Origin: Oculina patagonica
Taxonomy: Eukaryota
Length of the DNA: 64,000 nt
Assembly (NCBI RefSeq): GCF_052425735.1
Contig: NC_135762.1
Coordinates: forward strand, 33,728,001 to 33,792,000
Direction of reading: 5' to 3'
The position numbers were made by a program, and so were the translations under genes. Numbering within the stretch: position 1 is the stretch's first letter; each line of letters starts with the position of its first letter. Below are positions 44,518 to 58,772 of this stretch, piece by piece. A model generated the notes under the pieces. The model did not search any database. It had not been told where the DNA came from and saw only the letters and a list, made by a program, of their open reading frames with translations.

Positions 44518-47500
44518 ATGTATAAGCTTGATCTTCCTTTGGATATGAAGGAAAGCGCCGCCATAGAAAGGCGGCGTAATCGAGAGTTGCAGCGGCAAAG
44601 TCGAATATTCAACGCCCGAGTACGAACCATCGGGGTAAGAATTGCTTCTTGTAAAATTCATTTACAGCGTAGTTTAAATGACCCTAGCTAGTTTGGTGCA
44701 ATTCTATGGATGGATAAATGTATGTTGGTTCTTTATTTGTGTTCTGTGTTTGTTGTAATTGGGTATAATCCATCGCATAAATGAATGCGTCTCGAATTGG
44801 AAATGAGTAAGCTTATACCGTAATTTTGAAGGATATGGAATCGAACGAACCACCTGTGGAACTCACGGCTGTTTTACCTACACTGTTTGTTGCCGTGGGA
44901 ATTTTTTTTAAGGTTTCTGTACTGTTGTATTTCCTTTAGATTGACTTAAATGCACTGAGTGAGCAAGTGCAGGATAGAACACGACGCGAAGTTGAAGAGG
45001 AAAGACGACATAATGCTTTTGGTAAGTGTTGGAGTCCAGCTCAAGCTATTAAATTAAATGACCCTGGCTTCCTAAACTATTTGATTTGTTTATACACTAC
45101 TGAACAGAGCAACTTTAATGAGAGTTTTAACTGTACAGTCATGTAGTGAAGTATTCAACTCCCGGACACAACTGAAGCAACTCAGCGTAACAGACGTTCT
45201 AGGCTTACCCAAAGTAATTTTCTCAAGGGTGTCAACAAGAGAAAAAACTTGTGAAAGATTCTATTCTATCAGAGATGTCACTGTCATGCAGTGGTCATAA
45301 AAAAGGAAAGAAATATTGAATCAAATCTTTCGTGGCAGCTTAGTGTAACATGTACATTAGGTAGTGTAAATTAATTTTTAGTCTTCATTTGATTGTTGAT
45401 TTGTTATGCTGGTTTACATTGCACTAGCAACCAAGTCGGTTGAGATCCTTGTACTTTTGATTGTGATTTAATGTACAGTATTTGTCCAGCCTCTCGTGCT
45501 TCCCACTCTCTTGCAAGTACAGAGTATAACACCCCTTCTGCTATGTAGTGATACAGAACTACACAGTCATAAAATAAAACATCAGTCTGGGCCATAATGC
45601 ACAATGTAATTTTGTTATTTTCTGCTAATTAATGAGTACATTTTCCCTCCTGTTACAGCTGCTGACATGACAAGAAATGATAAGATTTCTGTCCTACTTC
45701 AAAAACGCCAAGAACATGACATACGTGAGCTAAATAAGGCTGTGAACGAGTTCCGCCAATCCCACCAACAGCCAGATGCTCGACGAGAGTTTGACCTGAA
45801 TGATCCTGACAGTTTAAAGAAAGACAAGCCAGCCAGAGTATCAGATGACGACCCGCGATGTGGTGTTGCATCACTTCAGAAGTTTGTTGGTGAAGATTTA
45901 AATGGCAAGGCACGAGAAAAGTTACAACAAGAACAAGCACGGTAAGCACTTGTTCATCTTTGAGCTGAGTGTTTTTAATAACCAACCCCTTCTTGGGGGA
46001 TGATATGCAGATGTCTGATCCTTGCCACTTCCAAAAGCTCTGGTGTTAAAGGTTGAAAAGTAATCCCAATTTTCAAATATTTAAATAAGAAACAGCAACA
46101 TACAAAAGAATGACTCGCCTGCAGGAGTATCAAAATCCCCTGTCACTTCATGCTAAGCAACCGCTTCATACGGTACTTCATGGTTCAAATGCAGACTTTC
46201 TACCACATTAAAGAACACCTCATCAGAAGCATTGACTGAGATATCTTAAGTTTAGACTTAAAGGTAACTTATTTATTTCAATATTTCCTTATCTACAGGG
46301 AATGGATAAAACAACAGACAAATGAAAGGGACCAAGCCCTTGCAAATCAGAAGTATGCAGACCACTTATATGATTTAAAAGCCAGAGAAATGGACCAAAG
46401 GGCATGTGAACTTGCAAGTGCAGAAGCAGATTGTCGCCGTGCAATAAATATGGCAGCAAAAGACCTGAATCGAGCTTTAGCTAGAGAGAGACAATCCAAG
46501 GAAGATGCAGAGAAACAACAAGAACAAGATGACAACTTTACTGAAATTTCCAATTCTGTGTTTGGTGACATGCTAACAGAAAATCCTGATGTGGCTCAGA
46601 GTGCATTTGGACCACACAGGGTTATTACTGATCGCTGGAAGGGAATGAGCCCAGCTCAACTGGCTGAAATAAGGCGCATTCAACAGGCGCAGCTGGAAGA
46701 AAAGGAGGTAAGGCCTATTTCACTGTAGATATTTTTTAAATACCTTGTAAGTAATTATTAGCGGAGCTCCTAAGTGTAGCACCATAGCCATGAAAGAAGG
46801 AACACTATCGAAATGAGTTTTCGTGGTCACTGGTCAACATGGATAGCGGCATGGTTCGCGGGCGCGTACGAACAGCGTACATACGTACATACGGAGTCGC
46901 GCAACATGGCGGCCATAGTTTGATGGTAAAAAGAGTGAAGCAAGAAGCCGTATAAAGGCGGCCTTTAAAATATAAAGAGGTTTGAAAAGAAAAACAAGAT
47001 GCAATGAAACAAAATGTGGCTGAAAATTACGTGTAAAAAGTAATCGACTGCCAAAAAAGTGGACATTGAGAGCCATATTAAATCGATCAATGACTTTCGT
47101 GTCTATCTGTAAAGCCAGCATCGTACATAAAGGAGCATTCGAAAGCTAAATCGGGTTGATATAATAAACAAACCATTTTATTGCTACGGGGTAAAAAAAA
47201 AAATTGACCCTCTGGGATTTGAACTCACAACCTCCCGATTCGCAGACTGGCACCTTACCGATTGAGCTAATCCGACAGACTCTGTAATACACGTTGAATA
47301 TATCCTATATCAATGTAATAGATATTGTGGAGTCTACTAAACTGCTGCGAAACTATAACAGGATCGCGAAACTATTTTCTATTGCTAGAAAGCAGATAAT
47401 TTACTGCCCCGCTTTAAGATTATTATTTTTGTCGTACTGCTGACATTCAGTTTAACCGTGAGCTATTTAAATTTGTCTTGCACCTATAAACCGCCATAAA

Positions 47501-48496
47501 CATTAGTACTTTGGCCGCTTATTCACTAGAATGAAAACATTGTAAACTCCAGTGAAAATTAAATAAATGGGGAGCTCCGCTTTTAGGCGTGCCTAAATCT
47601 ATATATTATTATTATTAGGGTTGTATGTATATAAGAAAACAAAAACAAAATAGTCTGATGAAGTCCATACTGCCACAAGTTTAAAATTCAATTGCTCAGG
47701 AAAATTGGTGAGAGCTAGGCAACTAGGAATGTGATTCTAAGCATAATGCTGTGTGGAAAAAAAGTTTTAGAAATAGCATGTAAAAAGCCTTGAATTGTGT
47801 TTGATAACATGAAATGTAATTATATTCTACTGTACCACTCAAAACCTATAGCAGTTATGACATCTAAGAAGTCCCATGTCTAACAATTCTTGTCTTCAAA
47901 TTGATTGTTTACAGAGGCTAAAACAGCAAGAAGAAGAGCAGGAAAAGGAATACAACAGACTGAGGTTGACGCAAGCCAAGGCAGGAATACTGGCTGAGCG
48001 TGCCATTGACAGAAAGAAAAGGGAGATTGAAAAAGACCAGGCTGATGAAAACAGAAGACTGTCAGCTGAACAGACAGCCAAGTAAGTATTCAGTGATGTA
48101 AAATTACATCACTGAACAGTAGAAGTAGCTTTGATCATAGAGGCTAGAAGCATCACATTCACCCTGAATGCATGAAGACAGCATTATAAATTATACAAAG
48201 ATCATTTTCTGATGGGAAGGTGACCATTTGGCTATACAAACGATTTGGTAGACCCCATGACATCCAGGTTTAAGTTCTGTGTGTGCTGCTCCCTGGCTAG
48301 GCCACTTCCTTCATTGTTGAGACCAAGGGATTGTTCTTTAACAATTTAGTACTAAAGTTAACCCTAACACTAGTTTCCCAAAACTTATTCTATATTTTTG
48401 TTCTTTATTTACAGACTTGAATACATAGACAAAGAAGTTTACACGAATGTTCCCACAGCAGCTTACTTTATGCAGTTTAACACAACAAGCAGATGA
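44518..48496 (+). CDS. RIBC2: RIB43A-like with coiled-coils protein (ciliary microtubule inner protein), ~379 aa, 6 exons
   Basis: Exons 44518-44634, 44940-45021, 45659-45941, 46299-46707, 47915-48081, 48415-48496 (TGA). Family motifs MYKLDLP..AAIERRR..E.QRQSRIFNARVRTIG, RREFDLNDP..LKKD.PAR.SDDDPRCG..SLQKF.GEDL, LTENP....SAFGPHRV..DRWKGM and C-terminal YFMQFNTTSR*. Probably co-orthologous to RIBC1 and RIBC2. Confidence 0.95.
46755..47605 (+). mobile_element. Non-autonomous Helentron/DINE-like element in RIBC intron 4
   Basis: SubTIR AGCGGAGCTCC (46760-46770) / GGAGCTCCGCT (47571-47581), then hairpin TTTAGGC-gt-GCCTAAA (47582-47597). Short GTAC/ATAC microsatellite near the 5' end (~46876-46892); AT/TT-rich flanks. 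Confidence 0.75.
47206..47280 (-). pseudogene. tRNA-derived segment (SINE head or pseudo-tRNA) inside the Helentron-like element
   Basis: Minus strand GTCGGATTAGCTCAATCGGTAAGG...GAGTTCAAATCCC has A and B boxes, but the acceptor stem does not pair. Confidence 0.6.
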
Positions 48497-49934
48497 AGTG
48501 CCCTTGTCAGTTTAATAGTGTACAAAACAATTTAATCTTTGACTTTTTAAATCAGCAAGTGTTTTTAAGGACCATGCATGTTCTGAGACTATTTTGCCAA
48601 GTTTTAAGAAACTGGACTAATGCAAAAGAAGCATGAATCTGCAAGATGTTGCCATTTTAAAGAATTTTATTTAGTCTTCAGAATTTTATTTACACTCTGA
48701 TGTATATCTTAATATGTAATGGACCTGATTAAAGGTATTTGACTTCAACAAGTCAGTGTAATGTTATTTTGTTGTTATTTTAGTCGTGGGAGGGGGGACT
48801 TCCATACAAAAGTGACACATTTGATTCTCTAAACCCCTATAGCTATCAGAATCTCTTCCGAGGGATGGAGTTTGAACACTTTTGTACATCAAAACATAAT
48901 TTCAGTAAAAAAACAAAACATTAACTGATATTTTTTGCAATAATCATGATTTCTCAATACACAAGAAGTTCCTGCCATATATACTATTTTCTTAAAGTAC
49001 TGAGATCACACTATTGGGGGTAATTGAAGGTTTAATATCTTTTTCACATGTATATAATATAGAAGTTCCCCCATGTCCAAGGGGTGTAAACTAAAGTTCA
49101 GCTAGGGGAATTTAGTGCCTTAATGGCAGATCTTTGTAACAGAGATAACACTAGCAGACCAAAACTAATAAACTTTGACAGTTGTTGTGACATTCATTTT
49201 CTTCACAGCATTTTAACCCTTGTTTTGTTACACTAATCAGGGTTAACAGTAATGACCTAAATCTTAGAATACTGGACAGTGTATACATCATTTAGTACAT
49301 ATATATATCTTAACCTTTAAACACTTTCCAATTCTAAATTAAACTAATTTTTGCATTTAATATTCTAACTGTTTAATAGGTAATTTCAGTCAGTTTCTTT
49401 GCTCTCAGCATAACTTCATCTAATCAGACTGGTACCCAGTCGTCATTTATTAAAAAAACATCTGATGAGTCTGGGAATGCCAATTGAAGTGTGAAACTCC
49501 CAAGTCATGTAACATGACTGAATACATCGTACTAGCTTACGGTAGTCAATGTAAAACATTGAAAAATTGATGTCTTTATTATAAATGAAACATTAATATT
49601 TGCCAATAAAATTTAAATTTTTGTCAGGGTCTGAAAATAAAAATATTAATTTGATAATGTTACAAAAAAGAAATGGGTTTTTGTTTGGAAACCCAGGAAT
49701 AGATGTTGATGCAAGAAAAAGTGAAATAAAAATATTATTTTGTAAATGTTGCAAACAAAGTTGAAATTTATGCCAATTCTGCCAGTTGTTTAATTCTTTC
49801 ACCCCTCAAAAGATCTTTTTCCCAGGTCTTCAATAAAATTAACAATTTTTTAAAATTAATATTGATCTACCTCGTGCAAGTTTAAATAATAAAAGCTAAA
49901 CGTTATACTATTGTTATTGAATTACAGGCAATCA

Positions 49935-50200
49935 AGTAATGTTTAATACATGAGCAGCAGTGTTTTATCAAGTTTAAAACATGAGGCGCAGCCAAGTGTT
50001 TTAGACTTGATAAAACACAAACTGCGAATTTTTTGAACGGTTTAAAAATCTTCTGACGTAGATCAACTCATTCTTGCACTAATATTTAGATTTGGGGTTA
50101 TTTTGGCCTAGAAAATTAGACGTAAAGTTTAGCCGTGTCTTTATCAGATATAAAGGCACTCATTAAACATTAATTTCTTTTGTATTTTCTTTATGAATTA
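49935..50200. mobile_element. Degenerate hairpin-terminated element
   Basis: Hairpin GTGTTTTATCAAGTTTAAAACA-tgaggcgcagccaag-TGTTTTAGACTTGATAAAACAC (~49961-50018). Confidence 0.45.
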
Positions 50201-50471
50201 TTGATGGCTTTTTTAAAGCCTAGAAAAAGAATTCTATGGAAATGAAATTCCAAAAAAAAAATATCTCGGTCTGTTTTACCTTCAAAAAGCTACTTAGTAA
50301 TAAACTTTATTGAAAGTAAAATGACAGTATAAAGTGAGTTGCAAGTAAAGTAAAAAAAATGAAATAAAAACAGCATCAGATTGACTGACTGAGTATATCT
50401 CGTTGTTTAAAAGTTCTAGATGTAACCTTGCAAACATTTGCTGGTTTAGTATTAATTGAGATCCTTTTGAG

Positions 50472-53400
50472 TTACAGATGATGTTCAAAAGTGTTGTATG
50501 TTGTTCGGTTGTCACTCTTGCTGCTTCTGTTTCCTCGTGGCCCTAAAAGGTGATAAATGAATTTAAATTACTCACATATCTTTGGCTACCAACCAAAGAA
50601 ATGTCCCACTCAGTGAATTCCCAATATTAGAGATTTAAATCTAATTCATTCTTGAAAATAACTATTTATAAAAAATAACTTTAAAGAAGATCAAGTCAAG
50701 AATTACAAGTAGGGGATATTTGTCAAATGTAGATCCATGTACAACCAGAATTCTCAATAATAACATGAAACGCACTGTACAGCTGCTAAGTAAGAAGGAC
50801 TGGCATTAAATTTTACAGAAACTTACCAGATTCTGAATAATTGCAACTGATGAGTCCTTGTTCTTGCAAGTTAAGGATGGAGTCTGCAATGATCCTGGCT
50901 GTTCTTCTCTACAGTATTACGAGATCAAAGTACTTCAAATCAGAAATCGTTACAAGATAACCATGGTTTACGTGGTAACATACCATAATTATTTTCTCGA
51001 TTAAACGCCGGGCCCCGAATAAACGCCGGGTCTCCAAGCTAGAGTTGTAAGTAAGCCTTCCAGGCATTTATTTGTTAAGTAATATGCTTTAGGTATGATG
51101 GCAAAGTACCTTCATGTCACAAATAATGATTAAAAACCCTGGTTTAATAAACATTTTGCTCCAATAAACTGCACCATTCAAATAAACCCTGGATCCACGG
51201 AGACAAATTTGAAATAAACGCCAGGGGCATTTAATTATACGGTACTTGCATAAAAACAACCTGGCATAAAGACCAAACCTTGTAATCATTTCAGTTGAAT
51301 TATGTGACTGTGTAAATTTCAAGTTCCTGTATTATTTTTAAGTGACAAATATTCAGAAAAAATCAAGCCAAAAGGGAATAGTTTATGATATAGCTTAAGC
51401 ACACCAGATTGAGGTAGATATCACGAGCAATGAAAAAGCAGATTGAATTAATTTATCTAAAAAGTTTGTAAATACCGCTGGCAGCATAATTTATTCCATT
51501 TACAAGTTTTGCTTCAGCTAATAGCCAATTATTATAGTTTTCATGCAGAACTAAAATAGCAGCTATGTTCAGTGTATACTTTTATTGATTATATTAATAA
51601 TATTATTATTGTTTCTACCTGGTATCCTCCAGAGGTTAACATAAAGATTGGAATTCCTCTCTGCCGAGCCTCTTGAAATACAATCTGATCTCTTTCAATG
51701 ATTCCCTTAGGTAAAAAACATTTTTAACAATGAAAGCATAATTTTGGATACAGTAAAAACCTGCGTATAAGAACACCTATTTTGGCGGTTCAGGCTTATT
51801 TGGTTCTTATATAAAGGGTTATAATCTGCAAAATCAGCCTGTAAGTGTTCTTAAGTGTTCTTAAAAAAGTTTCTTAAAATAAGGAACATACTATGCTACC
51901 AATAGATGAAATCAATATATATGCACACAATTGTATTTTAATTTTAATAAAATTGATAAATCAAGGCAATACTGTACTGTAATTGGGGTGGAACTATTAT
52001 GTGTGCAATGAAAAGTAGTGTAGATATTTTTCCATATAAGAACAACTTTCATTTTTCAGGTTGAATGTGTTCTTATTTAAATGGTACTTTATTTCCTAAA
52101 ATCAGGCCTGGGTGTTCTTAATCCACTTGTTCTTATACGCGGGTTTTTACTGTATTTCAGTTCCACATGCAATCAGCACTTTATAAGTAAGAAGTTATAT
52201 GGCATGAATGCAGGTTATGAGAATGAAGCAATTGGTCAGCAAGCTAAATGTTGTTTGAAAGGATTATTTCTAGTGAATTCTGCATGAGCTGTGAGCTGTG
52301 AGGTTGTGATTTGGGCTATGGCCATCTAACCAAAAGATTTCAAGCAATAGCTTGAATTTTTTTAAGAATACCCTATATTGATGAAACTATAAAAAGGACC
52401 CCTGAACAAAATAAAAAAAAAACAAGCTATACATAGTCTGCAGTCACCAAATGAACATTTCTGCTGGATGGAATTAGGGTTCGGGTATTATTTACTAATA
52501 AGAAAAGTTTTTTGACAATCATAAGCAAAATAAAAAAAAAACTACACGTCAAATATAAAATAAATTAAACTAATATGTGACAATGTGTTGAAGATAAGTT
52601 TGTCGAAATCAACTATAAAATCATAATTTTATATAATTTACAAAATTGTATCTAGTGCTAGAATTTTAAACTATTAAGTTTAAGCCCTACCTGAGGTGTG
52701 ATTGCCAGATTACCCAGAGGGTCCCCCATAAGAATATCTGTCCCTTAAAGAGAAAATAAATTGCTTAATTAAAACTTAAAATCATGATAATTAATATCCA
52801 AATTGGTAGGCTATCATAGGACATTAAAGATTTTTGAAATAATGACAGAAATTGATTACAAATGTTATAAAATAAATTAAATTAAGTTTTGTTCTGTCAA
52901 GCTTAAGCAATATCAATATCAGTAATCACTGACAATAACAAAGCCATACAACAGCCAACTTACCAGCATTATATGCAATGATATCAGGTTTAAATTCATC
53001 CAATGCTTCAGGAATGTGTCTAAAATAAAGAAGCACCAAATACCAGTACATTTAATTCTACTGACAATCATTAAATGTACAGTTCAATGAAAACTAAAGC
53101 ATTAAATCATATCTGGCCTGAGGCATAAAATGATAAAAAGTAATAATACTTATATTTATTAAAGCAAAAACACCAAACAAACTTGAGGATGAAACACATT
53201 TTTGAGTGAGATGCAGTTAAAGCATTAATTAATTTTCTGATATTTAATAAAATCAAAAAGAGCGAAATGAGCACACACTTTCTTAATAGTGGAAGGTATG
53301 TTTTGTCATCTGTGTGATGAGTTAACTCCACATTTTTCTTTATTGCACCTGAGGAAAAAAACATTTTAAGAAAATATAATAGTAGCTATAGATATATATG

Positions 53401-56400
53401 ATTAATGCAAATGCGGCCTTACACTACTGAAGACCTGAAAAAAAAAATTTTCAGGCTCTGAGCGGGAGTCGAACCCACGACCTTTGCGTTGCCAGTGCAA
53501 TGCTCTACCACTGAGCTATCAAAGTCACATGAGAGTGGTCGTATATGGGTAATCCCTTTATGGTGGACATGATACTCGGCCCAAGTATATGTGAGATAAA
53601 TGAATGTGTGTCCAGCAGTAGCAATGAAATATATATATGATTAATGCAAATGCGGCCTTACACTACTGAAGACCTGAAAATTTTTTTTTTTTTTGCTGCT
53701 GGACACACATTCATTTATAATAGTAGCTAATTTAATAAGCTGTCCACTGAGACAAAAATGACACCTGCTCACTAGTTTTGTAGTGTGCAATGTTTTTCTG
53801 TCCATTACTAGTAGAAAGTCCAAATGATTAACTTAATTCTGATAATTGTAATGATAAGATTCCTTAATATTAATGGTTTTCAATAATCAAAATAACAAAT
53901 AAAATAACAAACAAATAAATCATTTCGTTATTCTAGTTGTATCTTGGTGGTGTTTGACTGTAGCTAGGTGTAATGCAAATTTAATTTTTTGGTGCTGATC
54001 CTAGGTTGTCTTTTAGTGAATTAATGGATTGTAATGAATTTAAAAGTAACCTTGAAGTAAACCCCCCTTACTTTTGACTTTCCTGTCTCCTGGGTAGATG
54101 TAGGCATTATAGACATCCATGATGTACACTTGTTCATCTCCATCAAAGTCTGCTTCATGACCATTCCCCTAATAATTAAAATAGAATATGGTAATAACAC
54201 TCAGAAAAACTAAAAAGCTTATCGAGCTGAGTGAAGTTAAATTACATTAATACTAAGGAGGTGGTTGGCAATAAAGCAAAGGAAAAAAGAGCGGTTAATG
54301 AAAAACGTTAAAGCTAACACAGACATTCTATAGCAAAAAATATATATACATGTATAAAAGCTAAATAAGGAAGATAAGTATTAAATATTAAGTAACTACT
54401 AAGTGCCAGATGAACACTCATTAATGTTGGCAGTATTTCTGTTAGTAAGATGTCAAGTTTAACTTCATTTTTGAACTTTTTGAGGGGGAGGTATTTGATG
54501 TTTTCATCCAAATCATTCCAAACTTTTACAGCAGCAAAGCAAATGTTGAATTTACCATAGTTTGTTTTGACAGAGTTAATATAATAAGTTGATCTGGAAG
54601 CAAGCCTGGTTTTGTACTGGTGAACTGATGAAACAGATTGGAAAAAGTTACAAAAAAGGTATGAAAAAGATAAAAAATTGCACCCGTAAACTGAATAAAC
54701 CTGACTTAATTTCCACCTTCCAAGCATTTTCAAATAGCTGCTTTTTGGGGGTAGGGGTGGGTAATTTTATTTATTTTGTTTCACTTTATTTATGTTGCAA
54801 TACTTTTGATAAATAAGCAAAATGTCCACTTTATTTCTGCTTTTAAAAGCAAAAGGGCCACTTTTTATGTTTAATAACAGTATGGCATCTTTTTTTGTAA
54901 CTTGGTACATCAAACTTGTTTATAAATTAGAAAAGATGAGCAATTTAATTGTTTTATAAACTTGAAAATTTGAGTCTGGAAAAAAATGCTGAAAGTTTGG
55001 AAACATTCTGGATCCTGTTTATAATAGCTTTATACCAGAGGAACAAAAACACACTACAGCTATACATTACTTAAACTAAATACCTGATGGGCATCAAGAT
55101 CAATAATCATGGCTTTGGTAACACTATCCACATGCTTGAAAAGAAACTAGAAAGAAAGTCAAGTTAAACATATGTTTAAAAAAATGGTAGTCAAGAGTGA
55201 ACACAGTCTATAGCAGGTGCTATTAAACATGAATCCTCACGAGGTACAGTTAAAAAGGTGTGAAATATTGATATAAAAGGAGAAAAAAGTACAAGTTGTG
55301 ACTTTTATTACCATTAGAGCCCTGACACTTAATAACAAATTAACTTAAGACAGTGGGTAAATTATGGTAAACTGTCATACAAGTGTAAGATGTCCACTGG
55401 TTCTCTTGCTGGCTGGACCTTTAATGTGTGTGAGTATTAGAAATATAATTAAGGTACTGTATTTATAACTACATTGATTGTGTGTTTATTTGTTCATAAT
55501 TTGATGCTTGTTTGCTTTCTACTGTAAGTACCTTGATTGCTAATGTTATATCTGCATAAGCACAGAAGCCTCCTCCCTTTGATCCAGAACAGTGATGGAA
55601 GCCACCACCTAAACCAATGTCACCAGGTTTAATAATTAGTAACACACTCATGCAAAATAAATTTACATAGTTATTTGGAAAACTTACTCGGGAACACTCT
55701 GGCCCGGGAATTTAAAGAAATGTAAAACGGTTGTTTTTAAATGTTTTTTATTCCCGAACTAAGACCTAGTCTCAATGTACAATCTGACTCTATACGTACG
55801 AAAGTTTTCAAATAATATTTATTTATTAGCTTTGCATGCCTTTTATTGTTTTTAGCAACTATGTTGTAAATTCTTTTTACTTACCGGTAGTACATTTTTA
55901 CATATTTTTACTTCATTAATATTTCTCATACATTTTTACCTCTTTGTAGCTATATATATCTATGCAAATTTTATTTCTTACACTTAGCTTGATAATGACT
56001 GAAGATCGGTCGAAACGTCGCTTATTTTTACCATTAACTTTTTGTGAAAATTTATCAATTAACAATATTATTAGGGGAAAAAATAAAAAAGCTAAAAGTT
56101 CAAATTTAAAATTCACAAGCTTTATAACAAGCTGTTAGTTAGTGTACCCTTAATATCTCTTAAAAAATGAAAAGGACTAAGAGAACAGGTCTATTACAAA
56201 TGTTCTTACCAATATTTATTGCCCAGCCTCTTTCAACTGCAAGTTTAGCTGCCTGTGATAAAATATCAATAATATTATTGTGCTATGGAACTACACTGTA
56301 CTAGTCTACATTATCATGACAGAATACTGATCTACCGTACATACAATGTACATCTGTGCAGAATACTGATCTCCGTACATACAATGTACATCTGTGCAGA

Positions 56401-58714
56401 ATACTGATCTACCGTACATACAATGTACATCTGTGCAGAATACTGATCTACCGTACATACAATGTACATCTGTGCAGAATACTGACTACCGTACATACAA
56501 GTACATTTGTGCAGTACTGATCTACCATACATACAATGTACATTTGTGCAGAATACTGATCTACCGTACATACAATGTACATTTTTGCAGAATACTGATC
56601 TACATACAATGTAAATTTTGGCAGAACATTATTCTATATTGGAACACAATATAGATTTGCTCACATTACAGAACTGTCGACTGTACTACATGAAGATATA
56701 ATAATACAAAATAGGAATAAATAGTAAGCATCCATGCTTTAAACTTCACCAGTATTGTTCCTCCAGTCTGTATTCTCATGGGCTTGAGGACTTTACGTTG
56801 TACAATAAAGTTGGGAAGAAGTGCCACTGGAGGTACCTCACATATCATGGCGACATTAACACTCCACTAGAAAGAAAACATTTATTACAGGGTATTAACT
56901 GTATTACCAGGTATATTTCATGCCACATAAACCAGGTGACAGTATTCTCTCATTTGCTATTAACTAAGGGATTTTATTAGCCATATCATCAAACTGTCAA
57001 ATAAGCATAGGGGTAATTAAGTGGGATGATTTGGTTGATCAAAACATGTTCATTATAAAGTACAAAGTTAACAAGATTTCTATGTTTCTAATGTTTCACA
57101 AGGTGCTACATATAACTGCACACAGAGCTTACCCTAAGGCTGTCTAAGTAGGTCTGAGTATGTACAACCAACAGATCTTCACTTGTTGTTTCTTTAGGAA
57201 CTACAACCGTTGCCTCATCCACCATCTTTGCATCTGATACAAAAACAGTTACCATGATTGCTTTAATCTAACCTTGACTGCTAATAATGTAGTGCATGGC
57301 ATGAGCACCATAAATTAAGTAATCATGTGACTTATTTCAATGTCAGTACATCACCCAGGGAGCTGGGTACTGAAGGGATCCAGACAGGTGGGCAACAAGA
57401 AAAAAAATAAATTAGCAGACAAGCTGTTAAAACAACTTTTCAAATAAGATTTTTGTTACCTTTTAGATATTGAAAAACTTTTCCCCATTTTCCTGAATCA
57501 AATGGATGGAGTCTCTCCAAACCCAGGAAACCAATATTATAATCTGCAGAGTACACAATGGGCCACTGGTTGGCTTTCACTTCCACATACAAATGACATC
57601 CCTGAGCACTGCAGAAAAAATAACAGAAAGTGGGCAGTGGTTTTCCAATAACTTGTAATTAGCAATCATGTGTTTATTGTAGTTTATCCTGCAAATACAG
57701 CCAACCCTTTGCAGGTGGTTTGTGATAGAAGCATGAGTCAGTTCAACTCCCCCCATTTTGCTGATGTTGAAATGAAAGACTGGGCCAGCTGTGCATAGTC
57801 ATAGGTGTACCGGGCAGGGGGGGGGGGGGAGGAAGAGCGGGAGGAGGGGGAGGTGAAGTGGAGCTACAGCCCCAAACAACAGCAACAACAGTGTTGGCAA
57901 GGAGGCATATTATGTGAGAAACAGGAATCTCTGGAATTTATCAACAAAAGTGGGCAGGTAGCAAGGCGAATATTTGGCGCTATTCCACACATCGGTACCA
58001 CGCATAGAATCCTTCAAATGGTAGCAACTTTAATTTCTTTATTCTTATGACCTACATGCAAGGTGTATACTCAGGGATTTCAAAATGTTTTGAAGTAGGT
58101 GTCCCCAACTGGAAGGGTAGGTGGCTGTGACAAGCCAAGCTTGTTTCTCACAAGCTGATTGGCATGGCCAAAGTAGCCGGTGACATAAAATCAAGTAGCT
58201 GGTGGAACTCCGGCGGGTGCTGGCTTGTTTTGAAAACCCTGTATACTAGTTAAATATTCTAAGGGCCTTGTTTTACATGTGTATGAACCCAGTCGGGTTA
58301 ACCGGGAAAAATTTTTATTAAATGTTATTGCTGTTTATATGGGAAATTTCAACCCGACTGACCAGGATGAAATCAAAATAGCAACAAATAAAGTTGCATT
58401 GTTTGCGACTATCATAGCTTTATCAACACTTGCAACTTTTCTAATAAAGCAAATTCATATACTTCTAAAGTGTAAATCAATACATACAAGGCAAAATTAT
58501 GCCTTTATGACCACCCAGTTGCGGAAGCGAAACTATTTTCTCAAAATAAGTTCATTGCGTGCAGTAACCGGGCTGGAGTGTGCATACGGTAAAATTTCCA
58601 TCCTGGTTGCTGTAAACACAGGGACGGCAGAGCCAGGGGGCTGGGGGAGGGGGGTATAGTCCCCTAGAATGTTCGAAAAAATAAAGACTTACTAAGAGAA
58701 GAGTCTTTTAAGCC

Positions 58715-58772
<58 letters not shown>

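Noticed and set aside
56332-56654. Cys/Tyr-rich repetitive ORFs on both strands
   Set aside because: Translations of the 39-bp intronic minisatellite.
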